DNA of 29,527 bases from Leptolyngbyaceae cyanobacterium. GTDB lineage: Bacteria > Cyanobacteriota > Cyanobacteriia > Phormidesmidales > Phormidesmidaceae. The notes under the pieces were generated by a model that saw nothing but the letters and a program-made list of their open reading frames with translations, ran no database searches and was not told the DNA's origin. Positions 8,849 through 17,692 of the stretch are shown piece after piece. Position 1 is the first letter of the stretch. Each line of letters starts with the position of its first letter. Location: assembly GCA_050331235.1 (NCBI GenBank), contig JBHJHA010000018.1, positions 1 through 29,527 of the forward strand. The letters are read 5' to 3'. The position numbers and the translations under genes are program-made.

Positions 8849-9019
8849 GAATTTGCCAGAGAGTCGAGTTGCTGTATTGGGCTAGCCGTTTGCGACCATC
8901 ACCCAAAGGCGTATTATCTTACGTTCGAGCGAGGGGATTCAACTATTGATTGCAGAATTCTCTCTGTTTACGCTCGGAAATGAAATGTTGAGTGGAGTGC
9001 CCCAGCGCTAATTTGCCCC

Positions 9020-9665
9020 ATGGATTATTTGTATCTGCACGGATTTGCTTCGGGTCCCCAGTCGGCTAAAGCTCAGTTTCTCAAGCGTCAGTTCGCGGCC
9101 ACAGGGCGATCGTTAACAATTTTGGATCTCAATCAAGCGGACTTTACGCGGCTCACACTCAGTCGTCAGATTCAGCAGGCGATTGACTGGATTGACGATC
9201 GCCCCCAAGTGACTATTATCGGTTCTAGCTTCGGCGGCCTCACCGCCTGCTGGATTGCTCAACAAGCGGTAGTTCGCGATCGTATTCATCGACTGGTGCT
9301 GCTAGCTCCCGCCTTTCAATTTTTAGCGCAGTGGCTACCCCGACTCGGAGCCGACACCCTTGACCAGTGGCGTCATACAGGACAGTTGAAGGTTTATCAC
9401 TACGGTTTCAAATCGCTCAGGCCATTGGCCTATGCCTTTGTGACCGATACGCAGCAATACGACGAGACGCATCTCACGTCTCCGACCCCGGTGCTGGTTC
9501 TACATGGGCGGCACGACGAAGTAATCAGCATCCAGGCCAGTCGAGCCTACGCAGCATCGCGGGCCTGGGTCTCTCATCGAGCTAGACAGCGATCACAGTT
9601 TGGGCAATGTGTCGCAAGAAATATGGCAAGCAATCAAGCAATTTTTAATGCTTGCCGATCATTGA
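9020..9665 (+). pseudogene. YqiA/YcfP-family alpha/beta hydrolase (esterase) with a C-terminal frameshift
   Basis: YLHGFASGP.S.K, the GSSFGG nucleophile motif and HGRHDEV are present. The expected C-terminus LIELDSDHSLGNVSQEIWQAIKQFLMLADH* (TGA 9663-9665) lies in another frame after GTCTCTCATC (~9569-9578). Confidence 0.8.
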
Positions 9666-9671
9666 TCTTGC

Positions 9672-11330
9672 CTACTCGATACTGATTCCCCCAACAGTCT
9701 CAGCGGGCTGGGGTCGCGCGACGGTGGCTTGAGCCATTTGCCGCTGCCTCCGGTGATGCTGCTGAAAGTGATTTTGCCACGCTTGCGGCGCATCCATCGT
9801 TTCACCACCGTGCTGGGTGAGGCGCTTACGCACTTGACAGAGCACTGGTGTATTGACACAAGCCCCCGAAATGATTACCTGGCCTTTGGTGAGGGCCGGC
9901 AGCTCCTTGAGCAAATCACGACCAGCGGCTTCCACGCCGTACTTCAGGCTTTCTTGATCAACGGGGTTGACAATCCGCATCAAAAACTGGCTCATGCATT
10001 GGGAGAGCACGTCAGAGTCCAGCTTGCCCGGGCGCTGGGTAATCAGCCCTACCCCCATGCCAAATTTACGACCTTCGCTCAAGATCGTGCGCAATACCTG
10101 CTTGCAGCGAGCCGGTTCGTGGGCGGGGGCAAAGCGATGAGACTCCTCCAGCAAAATAAAGACCGGATAGGGCAGATACGTCTCGTCGGCTTCGGAAACC
10201 AACTCTTTAGCCGTATTCATCCGGGCCTGATAGCTTTGCCGCAGGACGGCTGCACAAATCACCTGTTGCTCTTCTTGACTGATTTCGTTCATTTGCAGCA
10301 CAGTAACCTGCCCCGGCTCAAATAAATCTTTAGGAGCGAGATGTTCAGACCGGTGAAAATAGTCTGAATTCGCCAGTTTCTCCAATTTCCACTCGATCGC
10401 CGGGGCAGATGAGCCTAGCTTGGGATTCCCGTCCTCGTCTTCGCTGGTATCGGCTTCATTGACCGCGCGGATCAGGTCTTGCACATCCCAACGGTAATCA
10501 CCCTGGCGATGACGCTTGAGAATAGTAAATGCCTTACTAAGAATCGCCTGCTGGCGATCGCTCATATTGGGCAGCAGCGTCATGACGTCGTAATAATCTA
10601 GGGACGACATCCGTATTCGGATGTCGTCAGGGGTCAGCACCTTGACTGTCGGTGCATAGCCATCGTCCCCCTGAAAGGCGGGATGTCCCCGCATGTCTCC
10701 CAGAGTGCCGTATTCTCCGTGAGGGTCGAAAACTAACACCGCTGCGCGGTTGTTAGGGCGTAGCAGTTCCTCAATCAGCACGCCCGCCGTGTAGCTCTTA
10801 CCCGAGCCCGTACCGGCCAAAATGGCCATGTGGGTACTCACGAGTTCCTTGACATCCAGGGCGACCGGCACGGTCTCTCCCGGACGCAACAGCAGCGAAC
10901 CGACGTGTGCCCCACCAATTTCCCCCGGCTGTCGCTTGTTCACGACTTTGACTAGGGTTGCATCATCGACACGATAAACTTTGGCTCCCGGATCGGGCGT
11001 GAGGCGCGGGTTGATAAAGCCCAAGGCAGGATGAAAATAGCCAATTACGGTGACGGTGACTTCATAAATTTCTGGATTGGGATAAGCAAAACCTATGAGC
11101 GCGGCGATCGCCTCCGGACTGATGCCAGTATCAGCAAAGATGCGATCGGGCAGGTGGTCAATGAGGCGGCGATCGGCAATTTTGCCGAGAATGTCTAAAG
11201 TCTCGCTCCCCTGCTGCGCTTGATACGCAACAAATTCGCCAATTTTAACTTCGCGGTTATCAGCCGTGATGAAGAGGTATTCATTGCCGGTTTCGCCCGG
11301 TCCTTTAACAGTGCCAACAACTTGACCCAT
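9672..11330 (-). CDS. HerA/DUF87-family ATPase with N-terminal HAS-barrel domain
   Basis: N-terminal beta-rich HAS-barrel-like region, THMAILAGTGSGKS (Walker A), VFDPHGEY, ILLEESHRFAP (Walker B), EGRKFG and ITQRP. Confidence 0.9.
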   Translation of the reverse strand: MGQVVGTVKGPGETGNEYLFITADNREVKIGEFVAYQAQQGSETLDILGKIADRRLIDHLPDRIFADTGISPEAIAALIGFAYPNPEIYEVTVTVIGYFHPALGFINPRLTPDPGAKVYRVDDATLVKVVNKRQPGEIGGAHVGSLLLRPGETVPVALDVKELVSTHMAILAGTGSGKSYTAGVLIEELLRPNNRAAVLVFDPHGEYGTLGDMRGHPAFQGDDGYAPTVKVLTPDDIRIRMSSLDYYDVMTLLPNMSDRQQAILSKAFTILKRHRQGDYRWDVQDLIRAVNEADTSEDEDGNPKLGSSAPAIEWKLEKLANSDYFHRSEHLAPKDLFEPGQVTVLQMNEISQEEQQVICAAVLRQSYQARMNTAKELVSEADETYLPYPVFILLEESHRFAPAHEPARCKQVLRTILSEGRKFGMGVGLITQRPGKLDSDVLSQCMSQFLMRIVNPVDQESLKYGVEAAGRDLLKELPALTKGQVIISGACVNTPVLCQVRKRLTQHGGETMDAPQAWQNHFQQHHRRQRQMAQATVARPQPAETVGGISIE

Positions 11331-11543
11331 GACTCAATTCACCCTCGACAATACGGTTTCCACGGATAGCAGACGCCCTGTTTATCAAACTGTAGCGATT
11401 ACACGGTGATTGGAACCGGCAAAGCCACAGTAATCTATACCTAACGACTTAATGTTAGTAACTTTTTGAACAAGTCTTTTTTACAGACTTGCGTCTTAGC
11501 GCTGGTTTCGGTCTAATATTCAGTAGGTATCGGCAAGCATCCT

Positions 11544-12113
11544 ATGACTGACGCTGCTTCTTTTGAACCAAATAGCACCGCTGATAACGATTTCTTGTCA
11601 GCCTGGTCTGGTGAGGGCAGTTTAGAGATCGCGACGGAAAAACTGCAAGGTCGCCACCGCCGAATTTCCGCTTCTATCTCAATTCCCTGTTCAGTCGAAC
11701 AGCTTTGGGAAATCCTAACCGATTATGAACGCCTGGCAGATTTCATTCCTAACTTGACCGTCAGCCGCTGCATCGAGAAATCTGAGACGCGCACGCTGCT
11801 GGAGCAAGTGGGCACCCAATGCTTTCTCAATATGCAATTCTGTGCTCGGGTCGTACTAGATATGGTCGAGCAATTTCCCCATCGGATTGGGTTCTCCATG
11901 ATTGAAGGAGACTTCAAGCTGTTTGAAGGCGCTTGGTACCTTCAGCCGGATGCCACGTCCTCGGAGGAGCAGACTCGCTTGCTCTACGAAGTTACGATTT
12001 GCGCACCTCGGGCAATTCCCACCGTGCTGATTGAGCGTCACCTAAAACGCGATCTGACTCAAAATTTACAAGCAATTCGCCAGCATACTGTCGCTACGGC
12101 TGATCTCGTTTAG
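11544..12113 (+). CDS. SRPBCC / polyketide cyclase-dehydrase (START-like) family protein
   Basis: LWEILTDYERLADFIPNL, LEQVG and F.MIEGDFK.FEG.W motifs. Confidence 0.88.
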   Translation: MTDAASFEPNSTADNDFLSAWSGEGSLEIATEKLQGRHRRISASISIPCSVEQLWEILTDYERLADFIPNLTVSRCIEKSETRTLLEQVGTQCFLNMQFCARVVLDMVEQFPHRIGFSMIEGDFKLFEGAWYLQPDATSSEEQTRLLYEVTICAPRAIPTVLIERHLKRDLTQNLQAIRQHTVATADLV

Positions 12114-12172
12114 CCGACCAAAGTGCTATCGTCAGTCTGTGCTGATGTGCAATAGAAAAGGCAGTCAAGGCA

Positions 12173-13153
12173 ATGGCTCAAAAACAGTCCTGCTTGCCTG
12201 GCCTGGTGGCTTGGCTCTTGGCGGTGGGTACGGTAGCGGTCACGGCGATCGCATTGGTTACAAGCCGCTATGGCTGGCCAATCAACTTAGAAATATTTTC
12301 TCACTTTCAACGGCAATATAGGCAGGACAGCTGGATAGCGCTGGGGGGCATTGTCCTAACCCGTCGGGCCCTACCAGCGCTGGTAGCCTTAGCCTGCGTA
12401 GCGGCCCTGACCATGCAAGTGTTGCCTTGGTATCTACCACCGCACTTTTTGACCATGGGCGATCGCGGCGACCTACGGGTGCTGATTTCCAACGTCAACA
12501 CCCAGAACATGAACTATGAAGCAGTGCTGAATTTTACTCGTCAGGAAGACCCGGATATCGCCCTCTTTATGGAGGTTGACGATGGGTGGATTGCCCAGTT
12601 GCAGACCCTCACGGTAGAACTGCCCTACGCTTCGGAAAACGCCACCCCCTACAGCAGTGGGATTGCCCTGTACAGCCGATATCCGCTCCAGGCTGAGGTC
12701 ATTGATTTCAGTGATGCGAGCACGCCGAGCATTACTGCCACAGTCGATTTCAACGGCCAGCCCTTATCTTTACTCGGTACCCATCCGCTGCCCCCCGTGA
12801 AGCCGACTTTTTTTCACTCTCGCAATCAGCAGCTTGACCTGATGGGTCAGTACTTGCAAACAATTGATGGGGCAAAGATTGTGTTTGGGGACTTCAACAT
12901 GACTATGTGGTCGCCTTATCACCGGCGCTTTATGCGCCAGGCTGACCTCACAAATACTCGCGATGGCTTCGGTATTCGCCCGAGTTGGCCGACTAAAAAT
13001 GCGTATCGCCCTATTCCCGGGTGGTTGATTCGGCTGCTGACGATTCCCATTGACCAATGTTTTGTGACGGCTGATCTGCGGGTGTCTAATGTGCATATCG
13101 GTCCGAATGTGAGTTCTGATCACTACCCGGTGGTCTTTGACCTGATGCTATAG
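12173..13153 (+). CDS. Membrane-anchored endonuclease/exonuclease/phosphatase (EEP) family protein
   Basis: N-terminal TM segments, SNV, FMEV, GIALYSRYP, THP.PP, GDFN, IPIDQ and SDHYP motifs. Confidence 0.9.
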   Translation: MAQKQSCLPGLVAWLLAVGTVAVTAIALVTSRYGWPINLEIFSHFQRQYRQDSWIALGGIVLTRRALPALVALACVAALTMQVLPWYLPPHFLTMGDRGDLRVLISNVNTQNMNYEAVLNFTRQEDPDIALFMEVDDGWIAQLQTLTVELPYASENATPYSSGIALYSRYPLQAEVIDFSDASTPSITATVDFNGQPLSLLGTHPLPPVKPTFFHSRNQQLDLMGQYLQTIDGAKIVFGDFNMTMWSPYHRRFMRQADLTNTRDGFGIRPSWPTKNAYRPIPGWLIRLLTIPIDQCFVTADLRVSNVHIGPNVSSDHYPVVFDLML

Positions 13154-13210
13154 AGTACGGGACGATTACTGGTCTAAACGGGATTTGATGAGCGGCGATC
13201 GCAGGAGCCC

Positions 13211-13882
13211 ATGGTCAAACTAGAGCGCTATCAAGCCAAAACAAAGCGCGTCAACCGGCGACGCGTCTATGAGATCAATGGTCACCAATATCCTGGGGTG
13301 ACAACAATTCTCTCGGCAACGAAGCCAGCAGCGGCGCGCCAGGCGCTTTACGAGTGGCGACAGCGTCTCGGCCAAGAAGCCGCGCAAGCCGTTTCTAACA
13401 AAGCATCCTCTGCTGGCACCCGAATTCACAAACAAATTGCTGCATACCTCAGAGCCGAATCCGTTGACATTCCCTCAGATGTGACAGGCTACTGGGAGTC
13501 GATTCTGCCCATTCTTGATCAGATGGACGCCCCCCTCCTGATCGAAGGCGCAGTTTGGCATGATGCGGGTTATGTGGGCTTTCCCGATGCCGTGATGGTT
13601 TTTCAAAACCAAATCTGTGTCTGCGATTGGAAAACGGCTCTCAAACCCAAAAAGCTGGAGTGGGTCGAGGATTATTGTTTGCAGGTCGCAGCCTACGCAC
13701 AAGCGATTGAGCAAGTGTATGCAGATACGGGGATTGAAATCCAAAAGGCCCTGATTGCGATCGCCCTCGACAATGCTCCGGCACAAACATTTTGGCTGGA
13801 GCGGGCTGATTTGCAGCAGCACTGGAGGCAGTTTCAGCAGCGCCTCAAAGAGTTCACTACAAGGCGACTCCGGCCCATCTGA
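13211..13882 (+). CDS. PD-(D/E)XK exonuclease, MGME1/phage exonuclease-like
   Basis: YPGVTTILSAT, W..RLG, GTRIH, IEG.VWH, G.PD, CDWKT and DY.LQVAAYA motifs. Confidence 0.85.
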   Translation: MVKLERYQAKTKRVNRRRVYEINGHQYPGVTTILSATKPAAARQALYEWRQRLGQEAAQAVSNKASSAGTRIHKQIAAYLRAESVDIPSDVTGYWESILPILDQMDAPLLIEGAVWHDAGYVGFPDAVMVFQNQICVCDWKTALKPKKLEWVEDYCLQVAAYAQAIEQVYADTGIEIQKALIAIALDNAPAQTFWLERADLQQHWRQFQQRLKEFTTRRLRPI

Positions 13883-13963
13883 GGCATCGGGTCTCCAACA
13901 AGCAAGAACCAGAGCCTTTGAACAACAGATTTGAGCAACGAAGCGGACGAGCCAGAACCATCT

Positions 13964-14938
13964 TTAGCGATTGCGTTTGGGACGAGCCGTTTCATAGTTT
14001 TCGTAGGCAGCCACTATACGCTGCACTAGCGGATGCCTGACCACATCGGCTTGAGTTAGCTTGCAAAAGGCAATGCCCTCAACACCAGCTAAAATATGCT
14101 GTGCCACTGATAATCCCGATGACTGAGTACTGGGCAAATCAGTTTGGGTGGTATCTCCCGTGACCACCATGCGCGATTGAAACCCTAACCGCGTTAGCAC
14201 CATCTTCATCTGGGCCGGGGTCGTATTTTGGGCTTCGTCCAAGATAACAAAAGCATTGTTTAAAGTGCGTCCCCGCATGTAAGCTAATGGGGCCACCTCA
14301 ATCACCCCACGCTCCATCAAGCTGGGAATCCGCTCCGGATCAATCAATTCGTGGAGCGCATCGTAAAGCGGGCGCAGGTAAGGGTTGACTTTTTGCTGCA
14401 GATCGCCCGGCAAAAAGCCTAGCCGTTCACCAGCTTCGACGGCGGGGCGGGTCAAAATGAGCCGCTCGTATTCGTCATCCAGTAGCGCCTGTACACCGAC
14501 CAATGCGGCTAGAAAGGTTTTCCCTGTACCGGCGGGGCCTGAGCAAAAAACCAAGTCGCTTTTTTTCAGCGCCTGCACATATTGTCGCTGGCGAAACGTC
14601 TTGGCCCGAATGACCTCGCCTCGGCGGGTACGCGTGATGGTTTCCCGCTGAATGGCTTTGAGTTCGTCAAGTTGATCGGTGTTGATTGCTTGACGAGCCG
14701 TCAAAATATCCGCCCGACTGATGACGGTTCCTTGACTCCACAATGGCTCTAAGGCCAAGACAATCTGCTTAGCTAAATTCAATGCCGCATGAGGACCAGA
14801 AAACAGCAGGTCACGCCCCCGTAGAACAATTTGCGCCCCCGTCTGCTCTGCAATTAGCTTAATATTTTCATTTTGATGACCTGAGAGCGCGATCGCGCTC
14901 TCAGATGAAGGCAGATTGATGTGGGCTGTTTGCTGCAT
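13964..14938 (-). CDS. phoH: PhoH-family ATPase
   Basis: GPAGTGKT, LTRPAVEAGE.LGFLPGD, APLAYMRGRTL, LDEAQN and DVVRHPLV. Start set at ATG 14938, downstream of khpA. Confidence 0.95.
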   Translation of the reverse strand: MQQTAHINLPSSESAIALSGHQNENIKLIAEQTGAQIVLRGRDLLFSGPHAALNLAKQIVLALEPLWSQGTVISRADILTARQAINTDQLDELKAIQRETITRTRRGEVIRAKTFRQRQYVQALKKSDLVFCSGPAGTGKTFLAALVGVQALLDDEYERLILTRPAVEAGERLGFLPGDLQQKVNPYLRPLYDALHELIDPERIPSLMERGVIEVAPLAYMRGRTLNNAFVILDEAQNTTPAQMKMVLTRLGFQSRMVVTGDTTQTDLPSTQSSGLSVAQHILAGVEGIAFCKLTQADVVRHPLVQRIVAAYENYETARPKRNR

Positions 14939-14966
14939 GTAGCGGCATCTCAGCGAAAAAACAGAA

Positions 14967-15323
14967 CTACTTTCTCCGGGGGGGATTGGGCCGCTCACCG
15001 CGTCGGGGTCGCCGTCGCTTTGAACCTGATTGGTCGTCATCAGACCCGGATCGTGATTGGTGGGACGACTCGCCATATACGTCTAAGGAGATGCGCTCTT
15101 CGTGAAGGGCTGCGGTGGTTTCTAGTACCGTTCGAATCGCCTGAATATTTCGGCCGCCGCGACCAAACATGCGACCTCGATCTTCTGCGTCAAACGCTAC
15201 ACGCAGCAACATTCGCGGTTTGCCGCTGACCTTTTCCAAGTCGGTTTTGAGTGCGTCGGGAGAATCGAGGAATGGCTTCATCAGATAACCGACAAGCCCT
15301 TCATAATCAGGTGTTTCAGCCAT
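14967..15323 (-). CDS. khpA: KH-domain RNA-binding protein (KhpA/YlqC)
   Basis: PDYEGLV.YL..PFL and the DRGRMFGRGGRNIQAIRTV GxxG loop; lies directly downstream of rpsP. Confidence 0.88.
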   Translation of the reverse strand: MAETPDYEGLVGYLMKPFLDSPDALKTDLEKVSGKPRMLLRVAFDAEDRGRMFGRGGRNIQAIRTVLETTAALHEERISLDVYGESSHQSRSGSDDDQSGSKRRRPRRGERPNPPRRK

Positions 15324-15369
15324 TACAGCCCATCTCACTTCCTACTTTTGGCGGGAACTCAGGCCGGGG

Positions 15370-15636
15370 CTAGTTAGCCTCAGTCTCAGCCGTCTTGAGT
15401 TGTTCAAAGACATTTGCTTTTTCAAGAATGCTGCGTACAGTCGGAGTCGGCTGAGCACCCTGTTGCAAGCGACGAACAATGGCGGGAACCTCTAGCCGAG
15501 TCTCATCGGTACGAGGATTGTAATAGCCTAATTCCTCGAGGGGACGACCATCACGGCGGCCTTGGCTGGGCATCGCCACGATGCGATAGCTAACTTCACG
15601 CTTTTTTCCAAATCGCTTCAGACGCAACTTAATCAT
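15370..15636 (-). CDS. rpsP: 30S ribosomal protein S16
   Basis: [12 protein letters not shown]...YRIV...[15 protein letters not shown]...GAQPT. Confidence 0.98.
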   Translation of the reverse strand: MIKLRLKRFGKKREVSYRIVAMPSQGRRDGRPLEELGYYNPRTDETRLEVPAIVRRLQQGAQPTPTVRSILEKANVFEQLKTAETEAN

Positions 15637-15841
15637 GGATGTTCAACTGCCTGGGAGTAAAGATGACAATAAATAAATTAGGGCCTAGCCATATAATTAG
15701 CCGACCTTCTTTGCAGTCTATTATCTTATCAATGGAAGCTGGCTGTGTAAACGGTATGGTCGTTTTTTTTGAGGGACCGGTTGTCCAACAAGGCATCATT
15801 CACATAAGGCGTCTTTTTAGAACTAACGATGGTAGGTACTT

Positions 15842-15873
15842 AAAAAGCCCATAGGCGTTTACCTACAGGCTTT
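15842..15873 (-). terminator. Rho-independent terminator downstream of the DPCAA-repeat gene
   Basis: Imperfect hairpin AAAGCC..TAGG / CCTA..GGCTTT, ending in TTTTT on the minus strand. Confidence 0.6.
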
Positions 15874-15909
15874 CATGAAGAAATTCAGTTATGAGTTGCA
15901 GTCAACTCG

Positions 15910-16122
15910 CTAGCTACCCGCACAGGGGTCAGCCGCACAGGGGTCAGCGGCGCAAGGATCGGCAGCACAAGGATCGGCAGCACAGGGGTCAGCGGCGCCG
16001 GCACAGGGATCTACTTCTTCCTCTTTGGTTCCAGCACAGGGGTTAGTCCCCGAGGCACAGCCAACGGTACCAACAGTAAGGGCAGCAGCGATCGCGATCG
16101 CACCAAAGTACTTTGCGTTCAT
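15910..16122 (-). CDS. Small Cys-rich lipoprotein with seven (D/N)PCA(A/G) repeats
   Basis: Signal peptide MNAKYFGAIAIAAALTVGTVG-C (lipobox-like), then NPCAG, DPCAG, 4x DPCAA and DPCAGS. GGGAG RBS spacing favours ATG 16122 over 16131. Confidence 0.85.
   Translation of the reverse strand: MNAKYFGAIAIAAALTVGTVGCASGTNPCAGTKEEEVDPCAGAADPCAADPCAADPCAADPCAADPCAGS
15916..15995 (-). repeat. Tandem 15-bp coding repeat (about five DPCAA units)
   Basis: Units such as GACCCCTGTGCTGCC, GATCCTTGTGCTGCC, GATCCTTGCGCCGCT and GACCCCTGTGCGGCT differ only at synonymous positions. Confidence 0.9.
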
Positions 16123-16292
16123 TGAAATCATCTCCCAAAAGTTTGCTAAAGGTCTAGAGAAAAGCCCATAAACCTAAGATTTTTGCGGTGTTCGACATTC
16201 TAAATCACCACAGCATATTAACCCCTGCATACCTGAGATTTTCCTGAGAGAGACTTAAAGAATCCCGTTATGGGGCGATCGCACTTCCCGCG

Positions 16293-17027
16293 TTAACGCT
16301 GTTGGGCTTCTTGCAGGGCCCACAGTTCGCTCAGGGTACGCACTTGGTAGCCCGCAGCGGTAAGCTGCGGCAAAAGCAGTTTGAGGGCTTGGGCAGTATT
16401 TTTCGAGCGCTCGACTGAGCCTCCATGCAAGAGCAAAATCGCCCCCGGAAAAACGTGTTGCAGGGTATATTGAGCCGTAAAAGCTGGCTCGGCCGTAGCC
16501 GCTAAGGTATCAAGAGGGAGCATCGAAGCGAGGGCAAAATAGGGGTTATAGGCGGTTTCTTTGAGTACCTGCAACATCACTGGGGAATAGAGGGCGCGGC
16601 CTGGTCGATACCATCCAATGACCAAGTCCGGCACTTGCTCAATCAGACGCTCATGAGTCGTTTGAAATTGCTGCCTAAATTGCTTCGGTGACTGAAGTGC
16701 GGCCCACGTATCAAACATGCCGTGGTTGGCAATTTCATGGCCTTGGACCACAAGGTCATACAGTAGCGTGTTATCCCGATTGAGGTGGTTGCCAATAATA
16801 AAGAAGGTGGCTCGAGCGACCTGGTCAGGATTCGATACACTTTGATTGTGATCTGCGATCGCATCGAGTATCCAGCGAGTTGGGCAGGGGCCTAGTACAC
16901 CTGGCGTCGGCACATCGTCGATAGTCAGAGCGATGGTACGGATGTCGGTTGGCTTGTAGAAAATGGCATCTGGGAAAGCCAGTGCCAAGTTTTGCACCAT
17001 CTTTTGTCGCCAATTGGTTGCAGGCAT
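16293..17027 (-). CDS. Polysaccharide deacetylase (NodB/CE4) family protein
   Basis: IALTIDD, ATFFIIG, GHEIANHG, WYRPG and GAILLLHGG motifs. Confidence 0.88.
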   Translation of the reverse strand: MPATNWRQKMVQNLALAFPDAIFYKPTDIRTIALTIDDVPTPGVLGPCPTRWILDAIADHNQSVSNPDQVARATFFIIGNHLNRDNTLLYDLVVQGHEIANHGMFDTWAALQSPKQFRQQFQTTHERLIEQVPDLVIGWYRPGRALYSPVMLQVLKETAYNPYFALASMLPLDTLAATAEPAFTAQYTLQHVFPGAILLLHGGSVERSKNTAQALKLLLPQLTAAGYQVRTLSELWALQEAQQR

Positions 17028-17162
17028 GGTTGTCAGTGCCAAATGTGCAGATTGCGGGCTCGGCTAAGCGGTGGTTGCTGACCGTTTGCCTATCATTTTG
17101 CATGGCAGCGCAAATTTGCGATCGCGGTTGCCTGATTGCGATAGCCAAAGGTCTTAAAGTGC

Positions 17163-17624
17163 ATGGCAAAACAAAGTGCTGGCCTTTTGATGTATCGGTT
17201 CCAGGCAGGGCTCGAAGTACTGCTGGTGCACCCGGGTGGCCCATTTTGGCGCAAGCGGGATATTGGCGTTTGGACCATTCCCAAGGGGTTGGTGGAACCC
17301 GGCGAGAATTTATTTTCTACGGCCTGCCGCGAATTTCGAGAAGAGACGGGATTGATGCCGCAGCCCCCCTATTTAGAATTGCCAGAGATCAAACAGTCGA
17401 GCAAGCGTGTCAAGGCTTGGGCCTTTGAAGGAGACTGTGATCCGCAAAAAGTACAAAGCAATACTTTTTTGTTGGAGTGGCCACCCAAATCAGGTCAGAT
17501 GCAGGAATTCCCAGAGGTAGACCGAGCCGGCTGGTTTTCGTTGGCCCGCGCGGAGCAGTATTTGCTCAAGGCCCAGCGCCCCCTGCTCAAAAGCCTACAA
17601 GCGCAGCTCAGAAAACCAGTTTAA
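17163..17624 (+). CDS. NUDIX hydrolase (COG4119-like)
   Basis: SAGLLMYR, VLLVHPGGPFW, W.IPKG...A.REFREETG (Nudix box) and FPEVDRA.WF. Confidence 0.92.
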   Translation: MAKQSAGLLMYRFQAGLEVLLVHPGGPFWRKRDIGVWTIPKGLVEPGENLFSTACREFREETGLMPQPPYLELPEIKQSSKRVKAWAFEGDCDPQKVQSNTFLLEWPPKSGQMQEFPEVDRAGWFSLARAEQYLLKAQRPLLKSLQAQLRKPV

Positions 17625-17692
17625 GAGAGCCCGTGGCGCAGCGGCAGCTCCGAAATTTCTCGGTAAGCTGGAAGGAAACTCGCTGCTTAACT

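Noticed and set aside
9729..10325. 198-aa + strand ORF, and similar long antisense ORFs (4433..4888, 16949..17428, 23555..23977)
   Set aside because: These are shadow frames of well-supported genes and have no recognisable motifs.
11392..11440. Possible NtcA sites in the herA/SRPBCC divergent promoter
   Set aside because: GTAGCGATTAC and GTAATCTATAC have GTA-N5-TAC spacing, not the GTA-N8-TAC consensus.
13211..13882. Cas4 assignment for the PD-(D/E)XK nuclease
   Set aside because: It lacks the four-Cys Fe-S cluster arrangement, and there are no cas genes or array in the window.
14939..15076. N-terminal extension of PhoH in the ORF track
   Set aside because: It overlaps the khpA 3' end in another frame. 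ATG 14938 gives a normal-length PhoH.
15916..16045. Short tandem repeats as a possible CRISPR array
   Set aside because: The 15-bp units abut without unique spacers and vary only at synonymous codon positions, so this is a coding repeat.
17477..17692. 72-codon N-terminal extension of the hypothetical protein
   Set aside because: It overlaps the NUDIX gene. The conserved-looking sequence starts at ATG 17693.
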